Positions 18,731 through 28,600 of a DNA stretch of 64,000 nucleotides are shown piece by piece. The stretch covers positions 31,425 through 95,424 of the forward strand of contig JAITRZ010000049.1 in NCBI GenBank assembly GCA_031288185.1, read 5' to 3'. This DNA comes from Coriobacteriales bacterium. GTDB taxonomy: Bacteria > Actinomycetota > Coriobacteriia > Coriobacteriales > UBA8131. Made by a program: the position numbers and the translations under genes. The notes beneath the pieces were generated by a model. That model did not search any database, had not been told where the DNA came from, and saw only the letters and a list, made by a program, of their open reading frames with translations. Numbering within the stretch: position 1 is the stretch's first letter; the number at the start of each line of letters is the position of its first letter.

Positions 18731-19597
18731 ATGACCTCACCTTCACACCTTGTAGATGATACGAAAGCACCGGTGAAAACAACCGACCATACACGCCCTC
18801 TGCGCGTTTTGGTCAACGGCTTTTTGGGCAAGATGGGCTCAATGACGGTGCACGCTATCAACAGTCAACCGGATATGGTAGTGGCTGGTGGTTTTGACCC
18901 AGCCAGCACAACAACAACGGTTGTTCTGGAGAGCAGGGAACCGGCACCGGCCTTCACCGACCTAGACAGCGCTATCAGTACGTGCAGTCCGGACGTGATG
19001 GTAGACTTCACACTACCTGGCGCGGTTGAGGATAATGTGAGGGTGGCGCTGGCCCGACAACTAGATACCGTCGTAGGTACCAGCGGGCTGGATCGACAGC
19101 GTCTTGAGCAGCTGATGACTACCGCGACCGATGACACGGCGGTGTTTGTTGCTCCTAACTTTTCCATCGGCGCGCTGCTGATGATGGAGGCCAGCCGTCA
19201 GGCAGCGCGCTATTTCACGGATGTGGAGATACTGGAATTTCATCACAACAACAAAGTTGATGCTCCCAGCGCCACGGCCATAGCTACAGCTGAGGCTCTT
19301 GCCGCTGTGCGTCAACAGGCACACCTGCGCTCACAAGCACCGGATGCCCTGAGCGAGCTGCCTGATTTTGCTGGCGCGCGTGGTGCCAACGTTTTTGGTA
19401 TCCCGGTTCATTCATTGCGCTCTGACGGTTTTATGGCTGCTCAGGAAGTTGTCTTTGGTTCTCCCGGCCAGACCCTGAGCATCCGCCATGACGTTATCGA
19501 TCGCCGCGCCTATATGCCTGGAGTCCTTCTGGCCATCCGTTCGGTTGGCACCCTGAAGGGTCTGGTTATCGGTTTGGAGGAGTTGATGGAACCATGA
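18731..19597 (+). CDS. dapB: 4-hydroxy-tetrahydrodipicolinate reductase
   Basis: VLVNGFLGKMG nucleotide-binding loop and EFHHNNKVDAPSATA (E-x-HH-x-x-K-x-DAPSGTA signature). Confidence 0.9.
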   Translation: MTSPSHLVDDTKAPVKTTDHTRPLRVLVNGFLGKMGSMTVHAINSQPDMVVAGGFDPASTTTTVVLESREPAPAFTDLDSAISTCSPDVMVDFTLPGAVEDNVRVALARQLDTVVGTSGLDRQRLEQLMTTATDDTAVFVAPNFSIGALLMMEASRQAARYFTDVEILEFHHNNKVDAPSATAIATAEALAAVRQQAHLRSQAPDALSELPDFAGARGANVFGIPVHSLRSDGFMAAQEVVFGSPGQTLSIRHDVIDRRAYMPGVLLAIRSVGTLKGLVIGLEELMEP

Positions 19598-20562
19598 CAA
19601 AGGAATACCAGTTCCCTGTGGCCAGCATCGCTTCGACCCCTATAGATGATGCCGCTTCATCCCCTGACACGAATACAACCTGTTCCTTTGGCCGCTTTAT
19701 TCCCGCGATGATCACCCCTTTTGACACCACATTAGACTTGGACCTTAACCGCGCCCAACAGCTGGCATTGCGCTTGATTGAGGGCGGGGCCGACGCGCTG
19801 GTTGTCAATGGTACCACCGGTGAGTCACCTACGGTTTTCTACCCCCAGAAGCGTGAGCTTTTCAAAGCCGTGCTGGCGGCAGTAGACAACAGGGTGCCGA
19901 TAATTGCCAATGTTGGTGACAATTGCACGGCTGATTCCGTCGCCTTTGCCCGTGAGGTCGCTCACTTGGGCGTCAACGGCCTGATGTGCGTGGTGCCCTA
20001 TTACAATAAGCCACCGCAACAGGGCATCTACCTGCACTTTAAGGCTATTGCCGAGCAGGTAGAACTACCAATAATCCTCTACAACATCCCTGGGCGCTGT
20101 GTTGTTAACATGGAGGCGCAAACTACCTTGCGTCTAGCTCATGATATGCCCAATATCGTTGCCGTCAAGGAAGCCTCTGGTGATCTTGAGCAGGTTTCTG
20201 CAATTATCAGGGATGCTCCAAGGGGATTTAAGGTGTATTCAGGCGATGATGAAGAGACCTTGTCGCTCATGAAAGCCGGTGGCTGGGGTGTAATTTCGAC
20301 CATTGGCAATGTGGCGCCAGCACCGATGAAGGCACTAGTTGAGGCGGCAGCTCAAGGTGAATGGACAAAAGCCCGCGAGTTGCATCAGCGCTTGGTGCCA
20401 TTGATGCGCGAACTTTTTGTGACCGCCAATCCAATCATGGTTAAAGAGGCCCTGCGACTTGCGGGCTTTGATTGCGGCGGTGTGCGCCTACCACTGGTTG
20501 ACGCGACATCTGCCCAAAGCGCCCGACTGCGCGAGGTTATGCTTACCGTGGGTATACCATAA
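19594..20562 (+). CDS. dapA: 4-hydroxy-tetrahydrodipicolinate synthase
   Basis: NGTTGES, YYNKP, active-site Lys context VAVKEASGD. ATGA overlap with dapB. Confidence 0.9.
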   Translation: MTKEYQFPVASIASTPIDDAASSPDTNTTCSFGRFIPAMITPFDTTLDLDLNRAQQLALRLIEGGADALVVNGTTGESPTVFYPQKRELFKAVLAAVDNRVPIIANVGDNCTADSVAFAREVAHLGVNGLMCVVPYYNKPPQQGIYLHFKAIAEQVELPIILYNIPGRCVVNMEAQTTLRLAHDMPNIVAVKEASGDLEQVSAIIRDAPRGFKVYSGDDEETLSLMKAGGWGVISTIGNVAPAPMKALVEAAAQGEWTKARELHQRLVPLMRELFVTANPIMVKEALRLAGFDCGGVRLPLVDATSAQSARLREVMLTVGIP

Positions 20563-20729
20563 GACAGCGCTGCTCTGGAACGGCGCAGTTCAAGACCATG
20601 TGAGCAAACAGGGGTTGGCGGCGCATGCACTGCAACTACAGGATAACCAGGATGAATGCCCGCACAAAGGGCTTGAAATAGTCTGTCCATAGGACAGGAG
20701 TAAGCAAAACGTAAAAAGGAGGCATTCTA

Positions 20730-22502
20730 TTGCCCAAAAAGACATCATCATCCAGGCACAGCGTTAAGACGGTGCCGCGCAGGCCTGAAAAAACGCGTGG
20801 TGATCACTATGCCAGACCCAAAGAACAGCGCCACTCCTCCAAGCCAGCAGCGCAACTGAAAGTAATACCCTTGGGTGGCCTTGATGGCATTGGAAAGAAC
20901 ATGACGGCCTTTGAATACCGCGATGACCTTATAGTGGTAGACGCTGGTCTCATGTTTCCAGATGATGACCATCCAGGTGTTGATCTGATTTTGCCTGATT
21001 ACACCTATCTGCTTGAGCAGGCGGACAAGCTGCGCGGCCTGGTTATCACGCATGGCCATGAGGATCATACTGGCGCCCTGCCTTATCTGCTTAAAGATTT
21101 AGCAAAAAAGGTACCGATCTTCAGCTCCAAACTAACGTTGGGTTTGATCGAGGGCAAACTCAGTGAACACCGTATCAAGAATCCGGATTTTCGCGAAGTT
21201 CAGCCCGGCACAAAGATCCGATTAGGCGCTTTTTCCCTGGAATTTTTCTGGGTCAACCATTCCATACCGGCAGCAATGGGTGTTTTTATACAAACACCCG
21301 CTGGAAACATCCTACATACCGGCGACTTCAAGCTGGATCAGACGCCGATAGACGGTATCAAGACCGACTTTGCCGCCATCAGCCGTTTTGCGGAGGTTGG
21401 GGTGGATCTGTTGCTTTCTGACTCCACCAACGCCACCAACGCCTCCTTTACTAAATCTGAGGCCGAAGTGGGCAAGGCCCTGCGACAGATTGTTCACTCG
21501 GCTGAACGCAAAGTGATAGTGGCGGCCTTTTCCAGCCATATTCATCGTATCCAGCAGGTTTGTGATGCCGCTCAGGCCGCCGGACGCAAAGTGGCGGTAA
21601 CGGGCCGCTCCATGTTGACCAACACCGAAATCGCGCGCAACTTGGGCTACCTCAAAGTTGATCCAAATAATATCATTGACGCCTATGCCGCCAAGGACAT
21701 TCCCACCCATAAACTCGTGGTATTGTGTACCGGCTCCCAGGGTGAGCCGCTAAGCGCCCTGGCTCGGATGGCGAATGGTGAACATCGTACCGTAGAGATT
21801 GAGAAAGGTGATACGGTCATCATTTCTGCTACCCCCGTACCGGGCAATGAGAAGGCCGTAACCCGTGTTATCAATGCGCTCTCGCGCATCGGCGCTGAAG
21901 TTTATGATAAGCAACGGGCTCTGGTGCATGTTTCCGGACATGCGGGAAGCGAAGAGCTAAAACTGGTTTTGACAATGGCCAAACCCCGTTATTTCATGCC
22001 AGTTCACGGAGAGTCTCTACATCTGCGCGCGCATGCCCGCCTGGCTGAAAAGGTAGGCCTACCCTCCCAAAACATCTTTGTGCTGGAATCTGGAGATACC
22101 CTGCTGCTTGACGCGAACAGTGCCAGGAGGGGAGAGCCAGTGGAAAGTGGCATCATCTATGTGGATGGTCTGTCAGTAGGCGACGTTTCCAGTGTGGTGC
22201 TCAAAGATCGCCAGACCCTGGCATCGGACGGCATTGTTACTGTGGTAGCCATGATTCAACGTCGCGATTCGCGGGCCTCTGGCCAGCCCGAAGTAATCAT
22301 GCGCGGAGTTAGTGGGGGGGAGGATCCGGAGCTGGTGGCTGCTGCTGTACGTGTGGTTGAGCGCACCGTTACCAGTTTTGCTCACGAACATCGCAATAAT
22401 CCCAATCGCCTAAAGCGCGCCTTGCGTGAAAGCCTGTCTCGCTTTCTCTGGGAACGCGTGCGTCGCAGACCGATGATCATCCCGATCATCATGGATGTGT
22501 AG
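20730..22502 (+). CDS. rnj: ribonuclease J (basic N-terminal extension; TTG start)
   Basis: Beta-lactamase/beta-CASP motifs ITHGHEDHTG and VSGHAGSEEL. AGGAGG RBS 7 nt before TTG 20730. Confidence 0.9.
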   Translation: MPKKTSSSRHSVKTVPRRPEKTRGDHYARPKEQRHSSKPAAQLKVIPLGGLDGIGKNMTAFEYRDDLIVVDAGLMFPDDDHPGVDLILPDYTYLLEQADKLRGLVITHGHEDHTGALPYLLKDLAKKVPIFSSKLTLGLIEGKLSEHRIKNPDFREVQPGTKIRLGAFSLEFFWVNHSIPAAMGVFIQTPAGNILHTGDFKLDQTPIDGIKTDFAAISRFAEVGVDLLLSDSTNATNASFTKSEAEVGKALRQIVHSAERKVIVAAFSSHIHRIQQVCDAAQAAGRKVAVTGRSMLTNTEIARNLGYLKVDPNNIIDAYAAKDIPTHKLVVLCTGSQGEPLSALARMANGEHRTVEIEKGDTVIISATPVPGNEKAVTRVINALSRIGAEVYDKQRALVHVSGHAGSEELKLVLTMAKPRYFMPVHGESLHLRAHARLAEKVGLPSQNIFVLESGDTLLLDANSARRGEPVESGIIYVDGLSVGDVSSVVLKDRQTLASDGIVTVVAMIQRRDSRASGQPEVIMRGVSGGEDPELVAAAVRVVERTVTSFAHEHRNNPNRLKRALRESLSRFLWERVRRRPMIIPIIMDV

Positions 22503-22589
22503 GATTGTATAAGGATCTGGTGCGCCGAGGACATTAGCAGGTCAAACCCGTAGGTTCAGCAAATGCCAGGCTCTGGAGCGCAAAGGATG

Positions 22590-23792
22590 TCAGACCGTTA
22601 TCAGCTCATATGTGCCGGCTCCCAGACCGATCATGACACCGTGGTCGATCTGAGTGCGCCAGTGCGAGGATGTATTGATAAGGTCGAAATAGTCAATAGC
22701 GGCGGGATCAGGAGCACACGAATGGCTATGCGCGCCGTGCGTATGTGCCGGGTGTTCTGCATCCCGGCTTAGGTGCGCCAACGCCTCGCCCAATTGCGAA
22801 TCCCTGCAGGGTGGCTGGGCGTTCACGGCTTCCGCACAGGCCAGATCCAGGGCTACCGGATCAAACGAAGCAAACATCCCAACATCGGGAACTATCGGGG
22901 TGTCATTGGAGCTCCAACAGTCGCAAAGTGGTGAAATATCAAGCGCCAAGCTAATATGAAAGGCTGGCAATACATCTAAAATAGCCTTGGCGTATTCCAC
23001 CATCTTGGCATCCAACAATTCTGATGTCTCATCAAAGCTGGGGCGTATGGAATCTGTGGGGCAGGCAGCTATACAGTGGCCGCAGCTGATGCAAAGTTTG
23101 GCATTGATATGGGCCTTGCGGGCTTGGTAGTAGATGGCGTCGCTGGCACAGTATTTTGAGCACTTCGCGCAGCCGATACAGCCCTCCTGCAGTATCTTGG
23201 GATGGGAAGCGGAGTGCATTTCCATCTTGCCAGCTCGCGAACCGCATCCCATGCCGATGTTTTTAAGCGCACCGCCAAAACCCGTTTCCACATGCCCCTT
23301 GAAATGGTTAAGGGAAATAAGAATATCAGCATCCATCACCACTCGCCCAACCTTGGCCTCTTTGATATGCCGGCCGTTGTGCACGGGTACCACCGCTTCA
23401 TCAGAACCGGTTAAACCATCGCCAATAAGGATATTGCAGCCGGTGGAAAAAGGGGAGAACCCATGTTCGTATGCCAGTTCAAGGTGCTCCAGCGCGTTTT
23501 TGCGACGCCCCGGATACAGCGTATTGCAATCGACCAGAAAGGGACGACCGCCCAGCTCCTTCACAAGATCGACAATTACCTTGGCCCAATTGGGGCGCAG
23601 ATAGGCGATATTTTCACCTTCGCCAAAGTGCATTTTTATGGCCGTAAATTTTCGCTCAAAGTCAATATCTCTGATGCCTGCCGCAATGACCAAGTTTCGC
23701 AGTTTGCTAAGAAGCGTCTGTCCTTCAGAAACACGCAGATCGCTAAAGTATACCTTGGAAGCCTTTGGTCTGTCCTGTGCACGTTGCGCCAT
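22590..23792 (-). CDS. DUF362 domain protein with 2x[4Fe-4S] ferredoxin insert
   Basis: KMHFGEGENIAYLRPNWAKVIVDLVKELGGRPFLVDCNTLY is a DUF362 core. Two ferredoxin motifs, CIGCAKCSKYC and CISCGHCIAACP. Confidence 0.75.
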   Translation of the reverse strand: MAQRAQDRPKASKVYFSDLRVSEGQTLLSKLRNLVIAAGIRDIDFERKFTAIKMHFGEGENIAYLRPNWAKVIVDLVKELGGRPFLVDCNTLYPGRRKNALEHLELAYEHGFSPFSTGCNILIGDGLTGSDEAVVPVHNGRHIKEAKVGRVVMDADILISLNHFKGHVETGFGGALKNIGMGCGSRAGKMEMHSASHPKILQEGCIGCAKCSKYCASDAIYYQARKAHINAKLCISCGHCIAACPTDSIRPSFDETSELLDAKMVEYAKAILDVLPAFHISLALDISPLCDCWSSNDTPIVPDVGMFASFDPVALDLACAEAVNAQPPCRDSQLGEALAHLSRDAEHPAHTHGAHSHSCAPDPAAIDYFDLINTSSHWRTQIDHGVMIGLGAGTYELITV

Positions 23793-24148
23793 ACCGGCTT
23801 GTATCCTTTCTATGTATGGGATAAGACATTATCGCACTATTATAGACCCTGGACGCTCAGGCTGAGGTGCCCAGGCTTCAAAATGCCTGTGCGGCCTCTG
23901 CGACATCTGTCTGTGCAGCCTCTGTGGTTTCACAGTGGATTTCTTGTACAGTTTGTCAGTTTTCTGATAATGCATGTTATGTAAAGTAAATCGAAATTCA
24001 ACAGAGCAGCTCATGGAAATGTAGATTCCTGGATTATGGGAAAGGTACGGAAAAGAAAAGGAGAGAATTGTCCCGCTCAAATCTTCAACGTGTCCCGCTC
24101 AACGCCTCGCATCCACGTACGCATTCACAACGGCTACCTAGAACGGAT

Positions 24149-24204
24149 ATCTAGTGTCCTGCACTCTCCATCAGACATCTAGTGTCCTGCACTCTCATTC
24201 AGGT
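24149..24204 (-). repeat. 28-bp tandem duplication spanning the gltD stop codon
   Basis: atctagtgtcctgcactctc at 24149-24168 and 24177-24196 (20 of 20 identical; about 24 of 28 over the full unit). The second copy holds the real gltD stop (cta at 24179-24181). Confidence 0.85.
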
Positions 24205-25669
24205 ACTGATGGCATTGTCGGGCGGCATCTCGGCCTTCTTTGAGCGCCCACACCACAAGCGAGGAACCGCGATGCGCGTCACCCGCCACAAAGACGCGAC
24301 GACGACTGGTGGCGTAGGAATCAGACCGCTGGGTCGCCACATTGCCGCGCACATCTGTTTCCAGCCCCAAAAGTTTTAACAGCCGTCTGTCCGGGCCGGC
24401 AAATCCGGTGGCTATCAGCACCAGCTGGGCAGGACGCCACCGGGCATCAGCTGGTAAGCAGTGCGGCCGAAGCAATCCCTCGGCATCCTTGTGCCACTCT
24501 ACGTCTGCTACCAATACTGACTCCACAGAGCCGTTTGCATCTCCTTTGGCAGCGATAATGTTTCTCGCGTATTCACGAGGATCGCAGCCAAAGAGTGCTA
24601 TCGCCTCCTGCTGCCCGTAATCGGTTTTCAAGACACGTGGATACAGCGGCCAGGGATTACGAGGGCCGCGCCCGATTGGCGGTTTGTTGCGGTAATACAG
24701 TTGGGTTAATGAACGAGCTCCCTGGCGCAGGGCAGTAGCCACACAGTCAGTAGCCGTATCGCCATTACCAACCACAAAGACGTCCTTGCCTGTGGCCTCT
24801 AATTCTGCCTGTGCAGGAAAATGGGGATCCAACAGACGTTTGGTTGCATACGTCAGGTAGAGCATGGCCGGATAAAAGCCTTTCAGCGTCCCCCCCTCTA
24901 TATTGGGCATTCGTGGCAGTGGTGCGCCTGTGCAAAGCACCAGAGCATCAAACTGCTCCAACAACCACTCAGCGTCAACCGTATCCCCAACAGGGCTTTC
25001 TAGCTTGAACTCTATACCCGCCGCCTCCAGTCGTTGGACAACACGCAAAACCACATCCTTGCCCAGCTTCATTGCCGGCACGCCATACATTAAAAGCCCG
25101 CCGGGACGATCCGCTCCTTCAAACACCGTTACCTGTTCTCCTAAGGCGTTGAGGTAATAGGCGGCTGCCAAACCGGCCGGGCCAGACCCTATCACCGCCA
25201 CCTTTCTGTCCGTCCTTGCTTCGGGTTGATCCAGATGGCCAAATTGCCTGGGATGAGCGGCAGCGTAGTCATCCAGGAAACGCTCTATGGCTTTGATGGC
25301 AACCGGTTGCTCGTGTTCACCCAAGGTGCAAGAACCTTCACAGGGAGCGGGACAGATGCGCCCAGTAAACTCCGGAAAGGGATGAGTAAGCCTAAGACGA
25401 CGATAGGCTTCAGTGTATTTGCCGCGATAGGTCAAATCGTTGATTTCAGGCACCATATTGCCCAGAGGACAGCCCACACTCGCGCCATCCAGCTGAATGC
25501 CGGCATGACAAAATGGTATGCCGCAATCCATACAACGGGCCGCCTGCGTGCGCGCGTCGGACGGGTTAAACAGGTACATAAATTCCGCAAAGTTCAAGCC
25601 CTGGGTGGCAGACGGTTGGCGAACCGGTTCCAGACGCGGATACTCCAAAAATCCTGTGGGCTTTCCCAC
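24179..25669 (-). CDS. gltD: glutamate synthase (NADPH) small subunit
   Basis: N-terminal Fe-S Cys cluster region, GSGPAGLAAA dinucleotide fold, start overlapping the gltB stop. Confidence 0.9.
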   Translation of the reverse strand: MGKPTGFLEYPRLEPVRQPSATQGLNFAEFMYLFNPSDARTQAARCMDCGIPFCHAGIQLDGASVGCPLGNMVPEINDLTYRGKYTEAYRRLRLTHPFPEFTGRICPAPCEGSCTLGEHEQPVAIKAIERFLDDYAAAHPRQFGHLDQPEARTDRKVAVIGSGPAGLAAAYYLNALGEQVTVFEGADRPGGLLMYGVPAMKLGKDVVLRVVQRLEAAGIEFKLESPVGDTVDAEWLLEQFDALVLCTGAPLPRMPNIEGGTLKGFYPAMLYLTYATKRLLDPHFPAQAELEATGKDVFVVGNGDTATDCVATALRQGARSLTQLYYRNKPPIGRGPRNPWPLYPRVLKTDYGQQEAIALFGCDPREYARNIIAAKGDANGSVESVLVADVEWHKDAEGLLRPHCLPADARWRPAQLVLIATGFAGPDRRLLKLLGLETDVRGNVATQRSDSYATSRRRVFVAGDAHRGSSLVVWALKEGRDAARQCHQYLNESAGH

Positions 25670-28600
25670 TAGGCCCCCCTTCGTTGTCCGCCTACAACGG
25701 CATCATACGCGAAAAGACGGCTTTCATCCGGAGTTAGTCCTTGCCTGCTCGCTTCCTCAATGGCCTCCAAAACCCTTTGGTAATCAGCAGGTACCAAACG
25801 GATGACCTGAGCAAGAAAATGATCAACGTCCGCAAGGAGCAACGCGGCCCGTTGGCTTTGGGTAAAACGGTGGTGCCGCTGTAACTGCTCAAGCACAAAT
25901 GCACGGTCGGCATCAGTGAGCGGCGTTAAGAGTACATCAGCCTCACAACTGACATGGGCGGCAAAATTGCCATCGGCATCCCAGATATAGGCGATACCAC
26001 CGCTCATACCAGCGGCAAAATTACGGCCCGTTGATCCAAGAACAAGAACTCTGCCCCCCGTCATGTATTCACAGGCGTGATCCCCTACCCCCTCGATAAC
26101 CGCGATGGCACCACTATTGCGCACGCAGAAGCGCTCGCCGCCTAGACCAGAGATGTAGGCCTCACCACCGGTCGCGCCATAGAAGGCCACGTTGCCGATG
26201 ATGATATTGTCTTCAGCCGCAAAACCGCAGCCCTGTGGCGGTCTGACGATGATACGTCCACCGCTCATCCCCTTGGCCAGATAGTCATTGCAGTCACCCT
26301 GCAGATCTAAGCAGACACCCGGTGCCAGAAAGGCGCCAAAGCTCTGGCCACCGCAGCCCTGCAGATGTAGATTGATGCTGTTCTCAGGCAAGCCAGCGGC
26401 ACCATGCGCCCTGGTTATCTCACTGGAAAGCAGGGTGGCTACGCTACGGTTGCGATTGCGCACCTCCAATGTCGCCTCTACCTGCTCACGGCCAGAAATT
26501 GCTTTTTCGCATAACGGTAACAAAACTCTGAGATCGTACTCTTTGTCCAGCTTGTGGTCTTGGGGACGACTGAAATGCCAGCGGCTGCTTTCAGGTTCGA
26601 GCCGGTGCATCTTAAGCATCCGCGAAAGATTGACCTTGGATGCTTTGGTGCCCTGTGTAAGTTGTATCTGCTGAAGAAGCTCCACGTGTCCAACCAGGTC
26701 ATCAAAACAACGCGTGCCAATACGCGCCATCCATTCTCGCACTTCCTGGGCGATAAACAGCATCAGATTTTCAATATGTTCAGGCCGACCACAAAACTTT
26801 GCGCGCAGTTGTGGATTTTGAGTAGCAATACCCACTGGACAGGTGTCGAGATTGCAGACACGCATCATGTCGCAGCCTAGGGCTAACAGAGGCGCGGTAG
26901 CAAAGGTGAATTCCTCAGCACCCAACAGTGCGGCAATTACCACGTCGCGACCATTGAAGAGCTTGCCGTCCGTTTCCAGCACCACGCGGTCACGCAACCT
27001 ATTGGCCACCAGGCTCTGATGGCTTTCAGCCAGGCCCAGCTCCCAGGGAAGCCCAGCATGGCGGATGGAGGTCATGGCCGCCGCGCCGGTACCGCCGTCA
27101 TAACCGGAAATCACTATCTTATCGGCCAGTCCCTTGGCCACGCCCACGGCAATAGTGCCTACTCCGGCCTCGGACACAAGCTTGACGTTGACGCTGGCAG
27201 CGCGGTTGGCATTCTTCAGATCAAAGATCAGTTGAGCCAGATCCTCAATTGAATAGATGTCATGGTGTGGCGGTGGCGAAATGAGTTCTACGCCGGGGGT
27301 GGAAAAACGAGCCTGAGCTACCCAGGGATAGACCTTGGGCCCAGGCAGATGGCCGCCCTCGCCAGGCTTGGCTCCCTGGGCCATCTTAATTTGAATCTCT
27401 GTACAGTGCGTGAGGTAATCAATGGTCACGCCAAAACGCCCGGAGGCCACCTGTTTGATCTGCGAGCAGCGATCAAGGCCGTCGGTTGTGGGCAGATAGC
27501 GCTCTGAAATCTCCCCGCCCTCTCCGGAATTGCTGCGGCCTCCCAGTCGATTCATGGCGATGGCCATGCACTCATGCGCCTCTTGGCTGATAGAACCATA
27601 GGACATGGCGCCGGTCTTAAAGCGTTTGACAATGCTTGTTGCGGGTTCAACCGTTTTCAGAGGGATGGGTTTTTCAGCGGTGGTGATGTCAAGCAACGCG
27701 CGCAGGTTGTTAAACTGCTGGCTGCGATCATTGATATGGGCAGAGAACTTCTTAAACAACTCATAACTGTTCTGGCGCACGGCCTGTTGCAGATAAAACA
27801 CAGTTTGTGGATTGATAAGGTGAAACTCGCCGCCGTTACGCCAGCGTAGTTCACCGCCGCTTGCAAGGGGCCTCCCGGCCGCAAGACGGCCAGCGAAAGC
27901 CTCTCGATGGCGGCTCACGTACTCAGCTTCGATGTCTTCGATGTCGGCGCCCCCGATACGGCTAACGGTGCCGCAAAAATGGCGCTCTATCAGCCCTTCG
28001 TCCAGGCCCAGAGCCTCAAAGATTTGTGCCCCATGGTAGCTGCGAACTGTGGAAATGCCCATCTTGGACATCACTTTGATGACACCGGCAGCCATTGCCT
28101 GCAGGTAGTTTTGACGGGCCTGCCGGGGACTCTTTTCCACCAACCCCTGGGCGGCCAGCCGCGCAACGCTGGCGCAGGCAAGATACGGGTGCACGGCATC
28201 GGCACCATAGCCAACAAGCAATGCAAAGTGGTGCACTTCATGGGTCTCGGCACTTTCTATAACGATGCTTGCGCTGGTTCTGCGTCCAATACGTACCAGG
28301 TGATGGTGCAGGGCAGAAACGGCCAGGAGGGAGGGAACAGGCGCATGGGCGGCGTCTATGCCCCTGTCGCTTAAGATGATGATGGTATAGGCGGCATCAA
28401 GCGCCGCCTCAGCAGCATTAAGCAGGTGATCCAGGCTTTCTTCCAGACCACCGGCACGGTTGGGGTCAAAGAGGATAGGCAGGCTGATGGCAGTTAGGCC
28501 CTCCTGCGTTAGTCCACGCAAGGTGGCCATCTCCTGGCTGTCCAATACAGGTGAATTATGTGATATTATACGGCAATTTTTAGCGCTGGGCTGTAGGATA

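Noticed and set aside
23829-24080. 83-aa minus-strand ORF between the DUF362 gene and gltD
   Set aside because: It lies in an AT-richer promoter/3' UTR spacer full of short direct repeats. It has no RBS and no motif.
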